Of a DNA stretch of 64,000 nucleotides, positions 35,223-45,781 are shown in pieces. Position 1 is the first letter of the stretch, and each line of letters opens with the position of its first letter. This DNA comes from Syntrophomonadaceae bacterium (GTDB taxonomy: Bacteria > Bacillota > Syntrophomonadia > Syntrophomonadales > Syntrophomonadaceae). The notes under the pieces were generated by a model. The model was given only the letters and a program-made list of their open reading frames with translations. It was not told the origin of the DNA and did not search any database. The translations under genes were made by a program, and so were the position numbers. The stretch spans positions 2,249,510 through 2,313,509 of the forward strand of contig OY781889.1 in assembly GCA_963677185.1 (NCBI GenBank), written 5' to 3'.

Positions 35223-36482
35223 ATGTTTGTAGATCATGCCAAAATATATGTAAAGGGTGGAGACGGCGGCAACGGCGTAGTAGCTTTCCGCCGCGAAAAA
35301 TACGTTCCCATGGGAGGGCCTTCCGGCGGAGACGGAGGCCGGGGCGGAAACGTCATATTTATTGCTGCTGAGGGGCTCAGAACCCTCATTGATTTCCGTT
35401 ATAAAAAGCATTTTAAGGCCGGCCGGGGTGTTCACGGACAGGGCAAGAACATGCATGGGGCATGGGGAGAGGATCTTCAGGTCAAGGTGCCCATCGGAAC
35501 AATAATTATTGACGATGATGATGGAACCGTCATTGCTGACCTGGCCCATCATGGGCAGAGCGCTGTTATTGCCAAAGGCGGAAGAGGCGGGCGAGGAAAT
35601 GCCCGCTTTGCGTCTTCAGCCCGCAAAGCACCTTCCATAGCTGAAAACGGTGAACCAGGAGAAGAGCACTGGGTCAGACTGGAATTAAAGCTTCTGGCCG
35701 ATGTTGGCCTGGTGGGATTCCCCAATGCGGGCAAATCTACCCTCATATCGAGGCTTTCCGCCGCCAGACCCAAGATAGCCGACTATCCGTTTACCACTCT
35801 GGAACCCAATCTGGGTGTGGTATTAACCAGGGATAAAGATTCCTTCGTAGTGGCCGATATTCCAGGCTTAATAAAAGGAGCCCACCTGGGAGCGGGATTG
35901 GGGCATGATTTCTTGCGCCATATCGAACGCACCCGGCTGTTGTTATTTGTTCTGGATGCTGCGGAAACTGAAGGCCGGGATGTGGAAGACGACTACGAGA
36001 CTCTGTCGTATGAACTGGCTATGTATAATCCACGGCTGGCCCACCGGCCATATCTGATCGCCGCCAATAAGATGGACGTTCCGGAAGCACGGGAACGTTT
36101 CGAAGCTCTGAAAGCCATCCACGGGGATATTGTTTATCCGATATCAGCGGTAGACGGCAGCGGAATCAGCGAACTGGTGCAAGCCCTGTATGAACTGCTC
36201 ATGACGTCTCCGGTTGAGGAGGAAGAAGTGGTTGAGCGCGTGCTACACAAATACAAAGAGGACGAGGGATTTCAGATTGATGTCATTGATGGGGTGTTTG
36301 AGGTGTCAGGCAACCGCATCAAGAAATTGATGGCCATGACCCGTTTTGATCAGGAAGACGCATTAAGAAGGTTCCAGCATATAATGAAGCAGATGGGTGT
36401 GGAACAAGCCCTGAAACAGCAAGGAGCAAAAAACGGGGACACGGTCAGAATAATGGAAATGGAGTTTGATTTCAGCGAGTAA
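35223..36482 (+). CDS. obg: GTPase Obg/CgtA.
   Basis: Gly-rich Obg fold N-terminus (GGDGGNGVVAFRREKYVPMGGPSGGDGG). G1-G4 motifs. C-terminal TGS-like domain. Confidence 0.95.
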   Translation: MFVDHAKIYVKGGDGGNGVVAFRREKYVPMGGPSGGDGGRGGNVIFIAAEGLRTLIDFRYKKHFKAGRGVHGQGKNMHGAWGEDLQVKVPIGTIIIDDDDGTVIADLAHHGQSAVIAKGGRGGRGNARFASSARKAPSIAENGEPGEEHWVRLELKLLADVGLVGFPNAGKSTLISRLSAARPKIADYPFTTLEPNLGVVLTRDKDSFVVADIPGLIKGAHLGAGLGHDFLRHIERTRLLLFVLDAAETEGRDVEDDYETLSYELAMYNPRLAHRPYLIAANKMDVPEARERFEALKAIHGDIVYPISAVDGSGISELVQALYELLMTSPVEEEEVVERVLHKYKEDEGFQIDVIDGVFEVSGNRIKKLMAMTRFDQEDALRRFQHIMKQMGVEQALKQQGAKNGDTVRIMEMEFDFSE

Positions 36483-36495
36483 GGGGTGTTCTGGC

Positions 36496-37629
36496 ATGGA
36501 AGAACGCAGCAGACTGGCAGAGTGTAAGCGGGTTATCGTCAAAGTCGGTACCAGCACACTTACATATACCAATGGCAATCTTAACCTGATGAGAATAGAA
36601 GGCATAGTTCGGGCTATGTCCGACCTGCATAATCGGGGATTGGATGTTATCCTGGTTAGTTCAGGGGCGGTAGGTACCGGAGCCAACCGCATGGGATTGA
36701 AGAAGATCCCGAAGACCCTGCCGGAAAAGCAAGCCCTGGCCGCAATCGGGCAGGGCGCTTTGCTGCATATATATGAAAAGATGTTTGCCGAATATAATAA
36801 GACTGTAGCCCAGGTACTCCTGACCCGCGACGATCTCAACGATCGGGAGCGCTATCTCAATGCTGCCAATACCCTGGTTACGATATTGAAGATGGGCGTT
36901 ATTCCCATTATTAATGAAAACGATACCGTAGTGTATGACGAAATAAAGTTCGGAGACAATGACACCCTGTCTGCACTGGTAGCTGGTCTGGTGGACGGGG
37001 ATCTGATGGTGATACTGTCCGATGTGGACGGATTATATGATAAAGACCCGCGCAAGAACCCTGATGCCATGCTGCAGGGGGAGATCCGTGAAATCAACGA
37101 AGCTATGCTGGCCAGTTCCATTAGCAAGGGAGCAACTTTCGCCAGTGGCGGCATGTTTACCAAGTTGAAAGCCGCCGAAATATGTATGTCTTCGGGTATT
37201 CCCATGATTGTTGCCAATAGCGGCGAACATCATGTGGTAAGGCGCATTCTGGAAGGGGAATCTATCGGCACCTTGTTTATACCAGCCGAAGAAAAAATGC
37301 AGGCCCGCAAAAAATGGATTGCCTTTGGCAGCATGCCCCAGGGACAGCTTATTATTGACCAGGGTGCCGAACAGGCGCTGGAAAACCGGGGCAAAAGCCT
37401 GCTGCCATCTGGTATCAGGAGTCTGGAGGGGGAATTCGGACGCGGTGACATTGTTGCCGTGGTCAGCCCGGATGGGCGGGAAATCGCCCGGGGAATCACG
37501 AACTACAATTCCACCGAGGTGGAACTGATAATGGGCCGAAAAAGCAGTGAGATTGAACGCTTGCTGGGCTGCAAGGACTATGACGAGGTGATACACCGCG
37601 ACAACCTGTGGGTCAAAACACCGAAATAG
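36496..37629 (+). CDS. proB: Glutamate 5-kinase with a C-terminal PUA domain.
   Basis: KRVIVKVGTSTLT. The AAK family fold. PUA region GAEQALENRGKSLLPSGI. Confidence 0.9.
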   Translation: MEERSRLAECKRVIVKVGTSTLTYTNGNLNLMRIEGIVRAMSDLHNRGLDVILVSSGAVGTGANRMGLKKIPKTLPEKQALAAIGQGALLHIYEKMFAEYNKTVAQVLLTRDDLNDRERYLNAANTLVTILKMGVIPIINENDTVVYDEIKFGDNDTLSALVAGLVDGDLMVILSDVDGLYDKDPRKNPDAMLQGEIREINEAMLASSISKGATFASGGMFTKLKAAEICMSSGIPMIVANSGEHHVVRRILEGESIGTLFIPAEEKMQARKKWIAFGSMPQGQLIIDQGAEQALENRGKSLLPSGIRSLEGEFGRGDIVAVVSPDGREIARGITNYNSTEVELIMGRKSSEIERLLGCKDYDEVIHRDNLWVKTPK

Positions 37630-37671
37630 CTTGCGAACAGCAATTAAATAACCATTCAGAGGAGGTTAATT

Positions 37672-38934
37672 ATGGATGCCTTGATGATAAAGACCATGAA
37701 CGAGATGGGGGAAAAAGCGCGCATAGCCAGCCGCATCCTGGCCACGCTTTCGACCACGTTAAAGGACCAGGCTTTGATGGCTATGGCTGCGGCACTGGAG
37801 AGCAATAGCAGCCGCATAGTTGCGGCCAACCGGATAGACCTTGAAGAGGGCGAAAAAATGGGGCTCACTAAAGCATTGCTGGAACGCCTGACCCTGGATG
37901 AAGCAAGGGTAGGCGCAATGGCGGATGGATTGCGAGAGATCGCGGCTTTGCCAGACCCGGTGGGTGAAATGATAGAGATGCTGCGCCGTCCCAACGGGCT
38001 TGAAATTGGCAGGGTAAGGGTGCCGATTGGGGTAATCGGAATAATCTACGAATCACGACCCAACGTTACTTCCGATGCGGCTGGTCTATGTCTGAAATCA
38101 GGCAATGCGATCATTTTAAGGGGCGGAGAGGAAGCCATTAATTCTAACCGGATAATCACCGAGGTTATATCCAACGCAGCTGAAGCCGGCGGAATACCTG
38201 CCGGCTCGATACAGATGGTGGACAGTGTTGATAAGGAAGCCGCCGTTTACCTGATGAAAATGTACAACTACCTGGATGTGCTGATCCCCAGGGGTGGAAT
38301 CGGATTGAAAAAAGCGGTCATGGATAATGCTTCCGTGCCCTATATCATGACCGGTATGGGCAACTGTCATGTTTATGTTGATGAAGCCGCTGACCAGGAA
38401 AAGGCTCTGCCCATAGTGATAAATGCCAAGGTTCAAAGGCCTTCGGTGTGTAATGCGGCAGAAACCTTGCTGGTGGCGGAGTCGATCGCCCCAGGTTTCA
38501 TTCCGACTGTTCTGACTGCATTGCAGGAACAGGGGGTTGAACTGCGCGTATGTGAAAAAACCCGGCAAATATATGGGAATAACGTTGTTGCGGCCACCGA
38601 ACAGGACTGGGCTGAAGAATACCTGGATCTCATCATGGCAGTTAAGATTGTGAGCGGTGTGGATGAAGCCATTGAACATATCAACCGCTATGGAACCGGT
38701 CATAGTGAAGCAATTGTAACCGAGAGCTACACAAATGCCAGGAAATTCATCCATGCCGTAGATGCAGCGGCCGTCTACGCCAATGCCTCGACCCGTTTCA
38801 CGGATGGCGGAGTATTCGGACTGGGAGCGGAAATGGGGATTTCGACCCAAAAGCTTCATGCCCGAGGGCCGATGGGAATCAGAGAGCTGACGACTTGTAA
38901 ATTCGTGATATACGGAGACGGACAGGTGCGATAA
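37672..38934 (+). CDS. proA: Gamma-glutamyl phosphate reductase (glutamate-5-semialdehyde dehydrogenase).
   Basis: ALDH-like fold with the catalytic Cys region VCNAAETLLV. Lies immediately after proB. Confidence 0.9.
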   Translation: MDALMIKTMNEMGEKARIASRILATLSTTLKDQALMAMAAALESNSSRIVAANRIDLEEGEKMGLTKALLERLTLDEARVGAMADGLREIAALPDPVGEMIEMLRRPNGLEIGRVRVPIGVIGIIYESRPNVTSDAAGLCLKSGNAIILRGGEEAINSNRIITEVISNAAEAGGIPAGSIQMVDSVDKEAAVYLMKMYNYLDVLIPRGGIGLKKAVMDNASVPYIMTGMGNCHVYVDEAADQEKALPIVINAKVQRPSVCNAAETLLVAESIAPGFIPTVLTALQEQGVELRVCEKTRQIYGNNVVAATEQDWAEEYLDLIMAVKIVSGVDEAIEHINRYGTGHSEAIVTESYTNARKFIHAVDAAAVYANASTRFTDGGVFGLGAEMGISTQKLHARGPMGIRELTTCKFVIYGDGQVR

Positions 38935-38992
38935 AAGCAGTAACAAAAGCAGGGGCGAAGGTTATTCTGCCCCTGCTTTTTTATATCCGATT

Positions 38993-40027
38993 TTATTCAA
39001 TAATCTCAAAGTTGAACTGTGCCAGGTGTGCCTTGTCTTTGTCGGACATAACGTATTCGCGGGGGTTGGGCTTGCGGACCGCATCAGGTGTGCACAGCAC
39101 CGTGGACAGATAGCGCAGGCCGTTGTCGTTGATGACGGTAACAATTCGTTTCATTTCCGGGTATTTTAAGGCCAGCTTATGGGCTGCGGCCACATTCAAC
39201 CCTGAAGAAATGCCACAGAATATACCTTCTTTACGGGCGAGGTTGCGCGAGGTTTCAATTGCTTCATCAGAATGAGCAAGTATGATCCCGTCAATCAGCT
39301 CCAGTTCAAGAATTTCCGGCACTAATCCATCGGCAATGCCCTGGATTTTGTGCTGGCCGATTTTGCCGAAAGAAAGGATGGGGGATTCGCTGGGCTCTGA
39401 TATATATATTTTTATATCCGGGTTTAGCTGTTTGAAGGCTTTGGCCGTACCTGTCACCGTGCCCCCCGTGCCCTGGCACATTACGAAAGCATCTATCTGA
39501 CCGCCGGTTTGTTCCCAGATTTCCACAGCGGTGTTTATTTCATGAGCGCCAACATTTCCAGGCCGGAAAAATTGTCCGACTTCGAAAACCTGGTCGCCCA
39601 TTTGCTTTTTTATTTCCGAGACCCTGTCAAGCACCAGGTCAACGTCGGTTTCGCCGCCGGGTGTCAATACCAGCTCCGCGCCATAAGCCAGGATGGTTTT
39701 CTTGCGTTCTTCGCTCATGCCTTCAGGCATTACAATTATTACCTTATATCCCAGCGCAGCGCCCGCCATGCAGGTTGCTATGCCAGTATTGCCAGTGGTT
39801 CCTTCCAGAAGAGTGGCGCCTGGCTTAAGCTGTCCGTCCGCCTGGGCTCTTCGGACAATTTCTAAAACCGTACGGTCTTTCAGGCTGCCGCTGGGATTCA
39901 TATATTCCGCCTTAACGCAAATATCCGGGCGAACATCCTCATAAAGTCGGCTGATGCGCACCATGGGCGTAAGCCCGATGGCATCCATAATGCTGTTTTG
40001 AATATTGCGGTTACGATCCCAATCCAT
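38993..40027 (-). CDS. PLP-dependent cysteine synthase / CBS-family protein (CysK/CysM-like) with a ~35-aa C-terminal extension.
   Basis: SGSLKDR (PLP-Lys). The Gly-rich GTTGNTG loop. Length is 344 aa. Confidence 0.75.
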   Translation of the reverse strand: MDWDRNRNIQNSIMDAIGLTPMVRISRLYEDVRPDICVKAEYMNPSGSLKDRTVLEIVRRAQADGQLKPGATLLEGTTGNTGIATCMAGAALGYKVIIVMPEGMSEERKKTILAYGAELVLTPGGETDVDLVLDRVSEIKKQMGDQVFEVGQFFRPGNVGAHEINTAVEIWEQTGGQIDAFVMCQGTGGTVTGTAKAFKQLNPDIKIYISEPSESPILSFGKIGQHKIQGIADGLVPEILELELIDGIILAHSDEAIETSRNLARKEGIFCGISSGLNVAAAHKLALKYPEMKRIVTVINDNGLRYLSTVLCTPDAVRKPNPREYVMSDKDKAHLAQFNFEIIE

Positions 40028-40048
40028 AATTAGTCCTCCTAATAATAT

Positions 40049-40675
40049 TTATAGAATCCATTCCGAGTCTGGATTAATGGTAACCTGAAGCTCAACGCTT
40101 TCATCTTCAGCTCTTCCGCTCAGCAGAACCGGGGGATGAGCCCATAGTTCATCCAGCAAATGGCTGGCCAGGATCATTATTTGTTCCTGCTGGCTGGGAT
40201 TGCGCAGGCTGAGCCCGCGGGCGGCTATTATTTGCGCCCATTCATTGTTGGTTTTAATTTCGAAATTGGCTAAATCCTCAAAGAAATCAGCCCATTTCTG
40301 CAGTCCGGGTTCATTTTGCCAGGGAACACCGCAGCAGATGAAATGCCGGCAGATTGACTCGCGCATTACTTGCGGCAGGCGGCATCCGCTGGATTTATCC
40401 AGCAGCTGGCATATGAACCCGCTTTCATCCGGGATCTTATTTATCGTAACCGATTGATCCAGCACCGTCAGATTCGGCATGGAAAAAATGAGTTCGATCA
40501 GGTCCGGACGTACCTGGTAAAGAAAAGCCAGGTCCAGCAGGTAGAAAACCGGGGAATACTGGCCGCAGCATCCCTTCATATCCTTGCGGGGACAACGGGA
40601 GCACAGGTCCAGGTCTATGTAGCTGCGTAATCCGCGCTTTCTGAATATCAGTGTAACAGTGGTTTCCTTATTCAT
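40049..40675 (-). CDS. YkgJ/UPF0153-family cysteine-cluster protein.
   Basis: CSRCPRKDMKGCC (Cx2Cx7CC) plus additional C-terminal Cys pairs. Confidence 0.5.
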   Translation of the reverse strand: MNKETTVTLIFRKRGLRSYIDLDLCSRCPRKDMKGCCGQYSPVFYLLDLAFLYQVRPDLIELIFSMPNLTVLDQSVTINKIPDESGFICQLLDKSSGCRLPQVMRESICRHFICCGVPWQNEPGLQKWADFFEDLANFEIKTNNEWAQIIAARGLSLRNPSQQEQIMILASHLLDELWAHPPVLLSGRAEDESVELQVTINPDSEWIL

Positions 40676-40947
40676 ATTATTAAAATCCTATGTATCGGCT
40701 GTTTGCCTGATTGCTCTATCATAGCCTTCCGGGTGCTGAACCGGCTAAAATATTTTTGCAGTCTGGACAACAAATAGTTACCACGCTAGAATAAATGATT
40801 TTGCCGCAAACATCAAGATTCATGAATTTGCAATAATCGACTATGATGGTTAATATAATGATGACATGCCCGGACAGCATAGTATAAACACCTGCATCCA
40901 GCCGCCTGCAATCATGCGGATGCAAGAAGTATAATGGAGCGATTGAT

Positions 40948-41628
40948 GTGGGAGACAATGCGATGGAAAAAATAGGCTCTCGCAGAGGCCGGGAACAAAT
41001 CGGCATTCTCGGCGGAAGCTTCAATCCCATTCATAATGGGCATTTGCTGGCCGCCGAGGCTTTCATGGAAAAGCTTCGGCTGGATCGGCTGTTTCTAGTA
41101 CCGTCAGCCCGGCCGCCCCATAAGGAGTCAGGTATTCTGGCCAATGCAAATCACAGGTACATTATGACCCGCATGGCAGTTTGTTCACAACAGCGTTTCG
41201 AGGTATCCGGCATGGAGCTCGAACGCCCCGGCCATTCGTTTACCGTGGACACGATCGGGCATTTTCGCAGTCTTTATCCTGACGCGGATTTGCATTTCAT
41301 GATGGGCTGGGATGCCTGGCAGCTGATTGGAACCTGGAAAGAACCGGACCGGCTCGCGGCTATGTGCGCATCCATTGTCGTTGTAAACCGCCCGGGCAGC
41401 GGGCTGGAATCTCCTGACCCGCTCCAGACTGATTTTGAAAACCGGCTGGCAGAAAAGCTGCTTTTCATAGAAATTCCCTTAATCGATATATCATCTACGG
41501 TTATTCGCCGGAGAATAAGGGAGCAACTGCCTATTGCCTATATGGTGCCGTCTGCGGTAGAACGATATATAATTAGTAATGATTTATACAAGGAACCAGG
41601 CGATGAGGGAATACGCGGACATCAATGA
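40948..41628 (+). CDS. nadD: Nicotinate-nucleotide adenylyltransferase.
   Basis: GILGGSFNPIHNGHL (the (H/T)xGH motif). SSTxIR-like ISSTVIRRRI. Confidence 0.85.
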   Translation: MGDNAMEKIGSRRGREQIGILGGSFNPIHNGHLLAAEAFMEKLRLDRLFLVPSARPPHKESGILANANHRYIMTRMAVCSQQRFEVSGMELERPGHSFTVDTIGHFRSLYPDADLHFMMGWDAWQLIGTWKEPDRLAAMCASIVVVNRPGSGLESPDPLQTDFENRLAEKLLFIEIPLIDISSTVIRRRIREQLPIAYMVPSAVERYIISNDLYKEPGDEGIRGHQ

Positions 41629-42199
41629 AATTGAGGCCTGGCTGGCCGCTCATTTAAAAGCCGAACGCTGCCGGCATTCTCTGGCAGTAGCGGAGACTGC
41701 TGTTATGCTGGGCAGCCGGCTGGGATTGGATAACAGGAAGCTCAGGCTGGCAGGTCTTGTTCATGACCTGGCTAAAGGCTTAAGCGATCAGCTCCTTCTG
41801 GAAATTGCAGAAGAACAGGATTTGCTCACCGATGACGTTGAACGGTTGGTGCCTGACCTGCTTCATGCTCCGGTAGGTGCAGTAATGGCCCGGCAGCAAT
41901 TTGGCATCAAGGACGAAGAAATCCTGGCTGGGATCGCAGCTCATACTCTGGGCCGGCCAGGGATGAGCAATTTTGAGAAGATTTTATTTTTAGCAGACAT
42001 GATTGAACCGGGACGCAGCTATCCAGGCCGGGAAACCCTGGCCGCTCTGGCTGAAACCGATTTGGATGCCGCCATGTTGTCCGGTTTGGATTCCACCATT
42101 GAGCACTGCTTAAGGCGCGGCCGGATTCTTCACACCCGAACCGTCGACACCCGCAATTATTTTTTGCGCTTGATAAATGAACGAGCAAAGGAGGATTAA
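41603..42199 (+). CDS. yqeK: HD-domain bis(5'-nucleosyl)-tetraphosphatase YqeK.
   Basis: RHSLAVAETA...HDLAK HD motif. Conserved nadD-yqeK linkage. Start set at MREYAD, so it overlaps the nadD end. Confidence 0.8.
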   Translation: MREYADINEIEAWLAAHLKAERCRHSLAVAETAVMLGSRLGLDNRKLRLAGLVHDLAKGLSDQLLLEIAEEQDLLTDDVERLVPDLLHAPVGAVMARQQFGIKDEEILAGIAAHTLGRPGMSNFEKILFLADMIEPGRSYPGRETLAALAETDLDAAMLSGLDSTIEHCLRRGRILHTRTVDTRNYFLRLINERAKED

Positions 42200-42201
42200 T
42201 A

Positions 42202-42393
42202 ATGCCCCATATTGATGTGAAAATGCTGGAGGGAAGAAGCCTGGACCAGAAACGGGATTTCGTAGCAGCAGTTACTGCAGCAGCTGTAGATATTTTGAAA
42301 ATTAGCCCTGAATCGGTTACCATAGCTATCCAGGAATACCCGAGGGAAAACTGGGGGCTTGCCGGGGTGCTATATTCTGACAAGGGGAAATAG
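42202..42393 (+). CDS. 4-oxalocrotonate tautomerase-family protein (63 aa, Pro1).
   Basis: MPHIDVKMLEGRS...: the N-terminal Pro after Met and the beta-alpha-beta tautomerase pattern. Confidence 0.7.
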   Translation: MPHIDVKMLEGRSLDQKRDFVAAVTAAAVDILKISPESVTIAIQEYPRENWGLAGVLYSDKGK

Positions 42394-42490
42394 CCCTTCA
42401 AGCTGCATGTATCTCATTTGGCGGCAATCATTAGCAACAGGTGTACGGATTGCCAGTAATTAAAATATATCGAATTTAGGAGGAAAACAT

Positions 42491-42832
42491 TTGCTTAATC
42501 CGGAAGAACTGGCCAGGCGCCTTGCTGAACTGGCAGAGGACGAGCAGGCCATCGACACACAGATATTACACATTGCCGAGCTGACTATCATTGCAGATTA
42601 TTTCGTTATTTGCAGTGGCCGCAATGTTGTTCATGTAAGGAGCATCGCGGAAAACATCGACCAGAAGATGAAAGCCGCCGGCATGGCTCCCATTCGTCGT
42701 GAAGGTCTGGAACAGGGCATCTGGTCCGCATTGGATTTTGGAGCTGTCATTGTTCACGTATTCAGGGAAGCAGAGCGGGAGCATTATAATCTGGAGGATC
42801 TCTGGAGAGATGCTCCAAAGCTGGAAAAATAG
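42491..42832 (+). CDS. rsfS: Ribosome silencing factor RsfS (Iojap family).
   Basis: TIIADYFVICSGRNVVHVRSIAENI is the RsfS signature. TTG start after AGGAGG. Confidence 0.85.
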   Translation: MLNPEELARRLAELAEDEQAIDTQILHIAELTIIADYFVICSGRNVVHVRSIAENIDQKMKAAGMAPIRREGLEQGIWSALDFGAVIVHVFREAEREHYNLEDLWRDAPKLEK

Positions 42833-42917
42833 AATTATTCACCTGATTCAGTTGTTGACAAAAAATCATAGCATCGCATATAATTCATAAGGTCAGTTTA
42901 CTGAACAAGCGTTTTGT

Positions 42918-42993
42918 GGGGCCATGGCGAAGTTGGGATCGCGCTTGAATGGCATTCAAGAGGCCGTGGGTTCGAATCCCACTGGCTCCACCA
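42918..42993 (+). tRNA. tRNA-Ala (anticodon GGC) with encoded CCA.
   Basis: Hand-folded cloverleaf: acceptor GGGGCCA/TGGCTCC with a G3:U70 pair (Ala identity). Anticodon loop AT-GGC-AT. T-loop TTCGAAT. Discriminator A, then CCA. Confidence 0.85.
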
Positions 42994-43011
42994 TTATCTT
43001 GTCAAAATGAA

Positions 43012-43041
43012 GCTCTCGTCCAGATGGAGGAGAGTTTTTTT
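43012..43041 (+). terminator. Rho-independent terminator after tRNA-Ala.
   Basis: CTCTC...GAGAG stem followed by TTTTTTTAT. Confidence 0.45.
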
Positions 43042-43234
43042 ATGTATTTTACACACTTACCGGGAATTATCAGATATTATATAAGCGGGAAAACCGGTGC
43101 TTTTTGCATAGAAAAATCCCGAATTCCTGATATGCACCGGATAAATGTTGATTGCCGGCCAGTGGGATTTTCATTTCTCATAGAACGGGATTCCGGGTAA
43201 AGCCGGTGCTGACACAACTGTAAGGAGGCATGAC

Positions 43235-45709
43235 ATGGAGACTCACAACTACGATGCAAGTGTTATCGAGAAGAAGTGGCAGACTGCATGGGCAGATGCC
43301 CGGTTGTTCAAGGTCGTTGAAGATCCAGAACGCCCAAAATTCTATGACCTGGAAATGTTCCCGTACCCTTCCGGCAACCTGCATATGGGTCATGTGCGCA
43401 ATTATGCCATTGGGGACGTGGTGGCGCGCTTCAAAACCATGAACGGATTTAATGTATTGCATCCGATGGGCTGGGACGCTTTCGGGCTTCCAGCTGAAAA
43501 CGCAGCGATCAAGCGCGGCCAGCCTCCTGCAGACTGGACCTACGCTAACATAGTGAATATGAAGGACCAGTTAAATACCCTGGGGATTTCCTATGACTGG
43601 GATCGCGAGCTGGCAACATGCAAGCCGGACTACTACAAATTCACCCAGTGGATGTTCTTAAAGCTTCATGAAAACGACCTGGCTTACAAGAAGCAGGCCG
43701 CAGTAAACTGGTGTCCCTCGTGCCAGACTGTGCTGGCCAATGAACAGGTGGTTGACGGCGCCTGTGAGCGTTGTGACACTACAGTTGAAAAAAAACAGCT
43801 GGCCCAGTGGTTTTTTAAGACAACGGCTTATGCCGAGCGCCTGCTTGCAGACCTGGAGAAGCTTCCGGGCTGGCCGGACAAGGTCAAGATTATGCAGCGC
43901 AACTGGATAGGCCGCAGTGAAGGCTGCCAGTTCAGAATGCAAATTGACGGAACTGAAGAATTCATTGAAGTGTATACTACTCGTCCGGATACGGTATTTG
44001 GCGTAACCTACATGGTTCTTTCGCCGGAACACCCGCTGGCGCTCAAGCTTTCGCAAAAAACGGCCCAGGCAGCTGCGGTTAAGGACTTTGTTCACCGGAT
44101 GCAGTTTGTCAGCGATATTCAGCGCACTGCGGCCGATACCGAGAAAGAAGGGGTCTTCTCCGGAGCATACGGGATTAACCCGATGAACGGAGAAAAAGTG
44201 CCGATATGGATTGCTGATTATGTTCTGATGGATTATGGGACCGGGGCTATCATGGCTGTGCCCGCACATGACCAGCGCGACTTTGATTTCGCTAAAAAAT
44301 ACGATATTCCGATCAGGGTGGTTATCAAAGCGGATGATTCTCCAGGCGAAGCCAGCCAAATGGAAGCCGCCTACGTAGGAGATGGCCTGATGATCAACTC
44401 GCCTGGCTTTGACGGCTTGCCGGTCACTGAAGGCAAAAAGGCCGTAACTGAATACATGGAAGAGCAGGGAATAGGCAAAGGGGCCATTAATTACCGGCTG
44501 CGGGACTGGCTGATTTCCCGGCAGAGATATTGGGGTGCGCCCATTCCCCTGGTTTATTGCGAACAGTGCGGTATTGTCCCTGTCCCAGAGGCTGAACTGC
44601 CGGTGTTCCTGCCGGAAGACGTGCAGTTCAAACCCACTGGAGAATCGCCGCTAAATTTCGTGGAGTCTTTCTACGAGACGGATTGTCCTTGCTGCGGGAA
44701 GAGCGCGCGTCGCGAGACCGATACCATGGATACCTTCGTGTGCTCGTCCTGGTATTTCACTCGCTTCTGTGATCCCAATAATCCTGACCAGCCCTTTTCC
44801 CGGGCGGCGGTTGATTACTGGATGCCGGTAGACCAGTATATCGGCGGGGTGGAACATGCCATACTACATTTGATGTACGCCCGTTTTTTCACCAAGTTTT
44901 TATATGACATTAAAATGATTTCCTGTGAAGAACCCTTTACCAATCTGTTGACACAGGGCATGGTGCTTAAAGAAGGGGCCAAAATGTCCAAGACGAAAGG
45001 CAATGTAGTCAGCCCTGAGGAAATCATTAACAATTATGGAGCAGATACAGCCCGACTGTTTATCCTTTTTGCCTCTCCTCCAGAACGAGATCTGGAATGG
45101 AGCGAGCAGGGGGTGGAGGGCTGCTACCGCTTCCTCAACCGGATATGGAGAGTGGTGACCGAATGCGCTCCGGTTATAAGGAGCGGGGGCGGAAGTCTCA
45201 AGAACCTGGATGAAGCAGCTCGGCAGATGCGGTTTAAGACCCATGCGACAATAAAGAAAGTAACCGACGATATAAGCCAGCGTTTTAACTTTAATACGGC
45301 TATTGCGGCCATCATGGAACTGAACAATACTGTCATGTCTTATCGCAATAACCAGCCGGCAAATGCCGCTGTGCTAACCGAGGCCATAGAAAATATGCTG
45401 ATTATGCTCAGCCCGTTTTGTCCGCACATTTGTGATGAGCTGTGGGATCTGCTGGGATGGAAAGGCTTTATTTATCAGCAGGCCTGGCCTGTTTACGAAG
45501 CCGCAGCCCTGGTTCAGGATGAAGTGGAAATAGTGGTGCAGATTAACGGCAAGATTCGCCAGCATTTAACCGTGCCTGCCGGTGTTGGCAAAGAACAGCT
45601 GGTGGAACTGGTCAGAGCTGATGAAAAAGTAAGCCAGCTTCTGGAAGGCGGACAGATTGTAAAGATCGTGGCCGTACCTGGAAAGCTGGTTAACATTGTA
45701 ATAAAATAA
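43235..45709 (+). CDS. leuS: Leucyl-tRNA synthetase.
   Basis: HMGHVRNY (HIGH) and KMSKTKGN (KMSKS) motifs. 824 aa. Confidence 0.95.
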   Translation: METHNYDASVIEKKWQTAWADARLFKVVEDPERPKFYDLEMFPYPSGNLHMGHVRNYAIGDVVARFKTMNGFNVLHPMGWDAFGLPAENAAIKRGQPPADWTYANIVNMKDQLNTLGISYDWDRELATCKPDYYKFTQWMFLKLHENDLAYKKQAAVNWCPSCQTVLANEQVVDGACERCDTTVEKKQLAQWFFKTTAYAERLLADLEKLPGWPDKVKIMQRNWIGRSEGCQFRMQIDGTEEFIEVYTTRPDTVFGVTYMVLSPEHPLALKLSQKTAQAAAVKDFVHRMQFVSDIQRTAADTEKEGVFSGAYGINPMNGEKVPIWIADYVLMDYGTGAIMAVPAHDQRDFDFAKKYDIPIRVVIKADDSPGEASQMEAAYVGDGLMINSPGFDGLPVTEGKKAVTEYMEEQGIGKGAINYRLRDWLISRQRYWGAPIPLVYCEQCGIVPVPEAELPVFLPEDVQFKPTGESPLNFVESFYETDCPCCGKSARRETDTMDTFVCSSWYFTRFCDPNNPDQPFSRAAVDYWMPVDQYIGGVEHAILHLMYARFFTKFLYDIKMISCEEPFTNLLTQGMVLKEGAKMSKTKGNVVSPEEIINNYGADTARLFILFASPPERDLEWSEQGVEGCYRFLNRIWRVVTECAPVIRSGGGSLKNLDEAARQMRFKTHATIKKVTDDISQRFNFNTAIAAIMELNNTVMSYRNNQPANAAVLTEAIENMLIMLSPFCPHICDELWDLLGWKGFIYQQAWPVYEAAALVQDEVEIVVQINGKIRQHLTVPAGVGKEQLVELVRADEKVSQLLEGGQIVKIVAVPGKLVNIVIK

Positions 45710-45781
45710 CCAGCCGAAGACTGGCCAGGAGAGCGGGGAAATCGCGATCAACCGTATGCCAATTGCCCGAGCCTGGCAGGG

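Noticed and set aside
43046-43234. T-box leader upstream of leuS.
   Set aside because: Hairpins are present (for example AAATCCCG...CGGGATT). However I could not find the conserved T-box sequence (AGGGTGGNACCGCG) or a specifier/antiterminator arrangement, and the region is short for a T-box.
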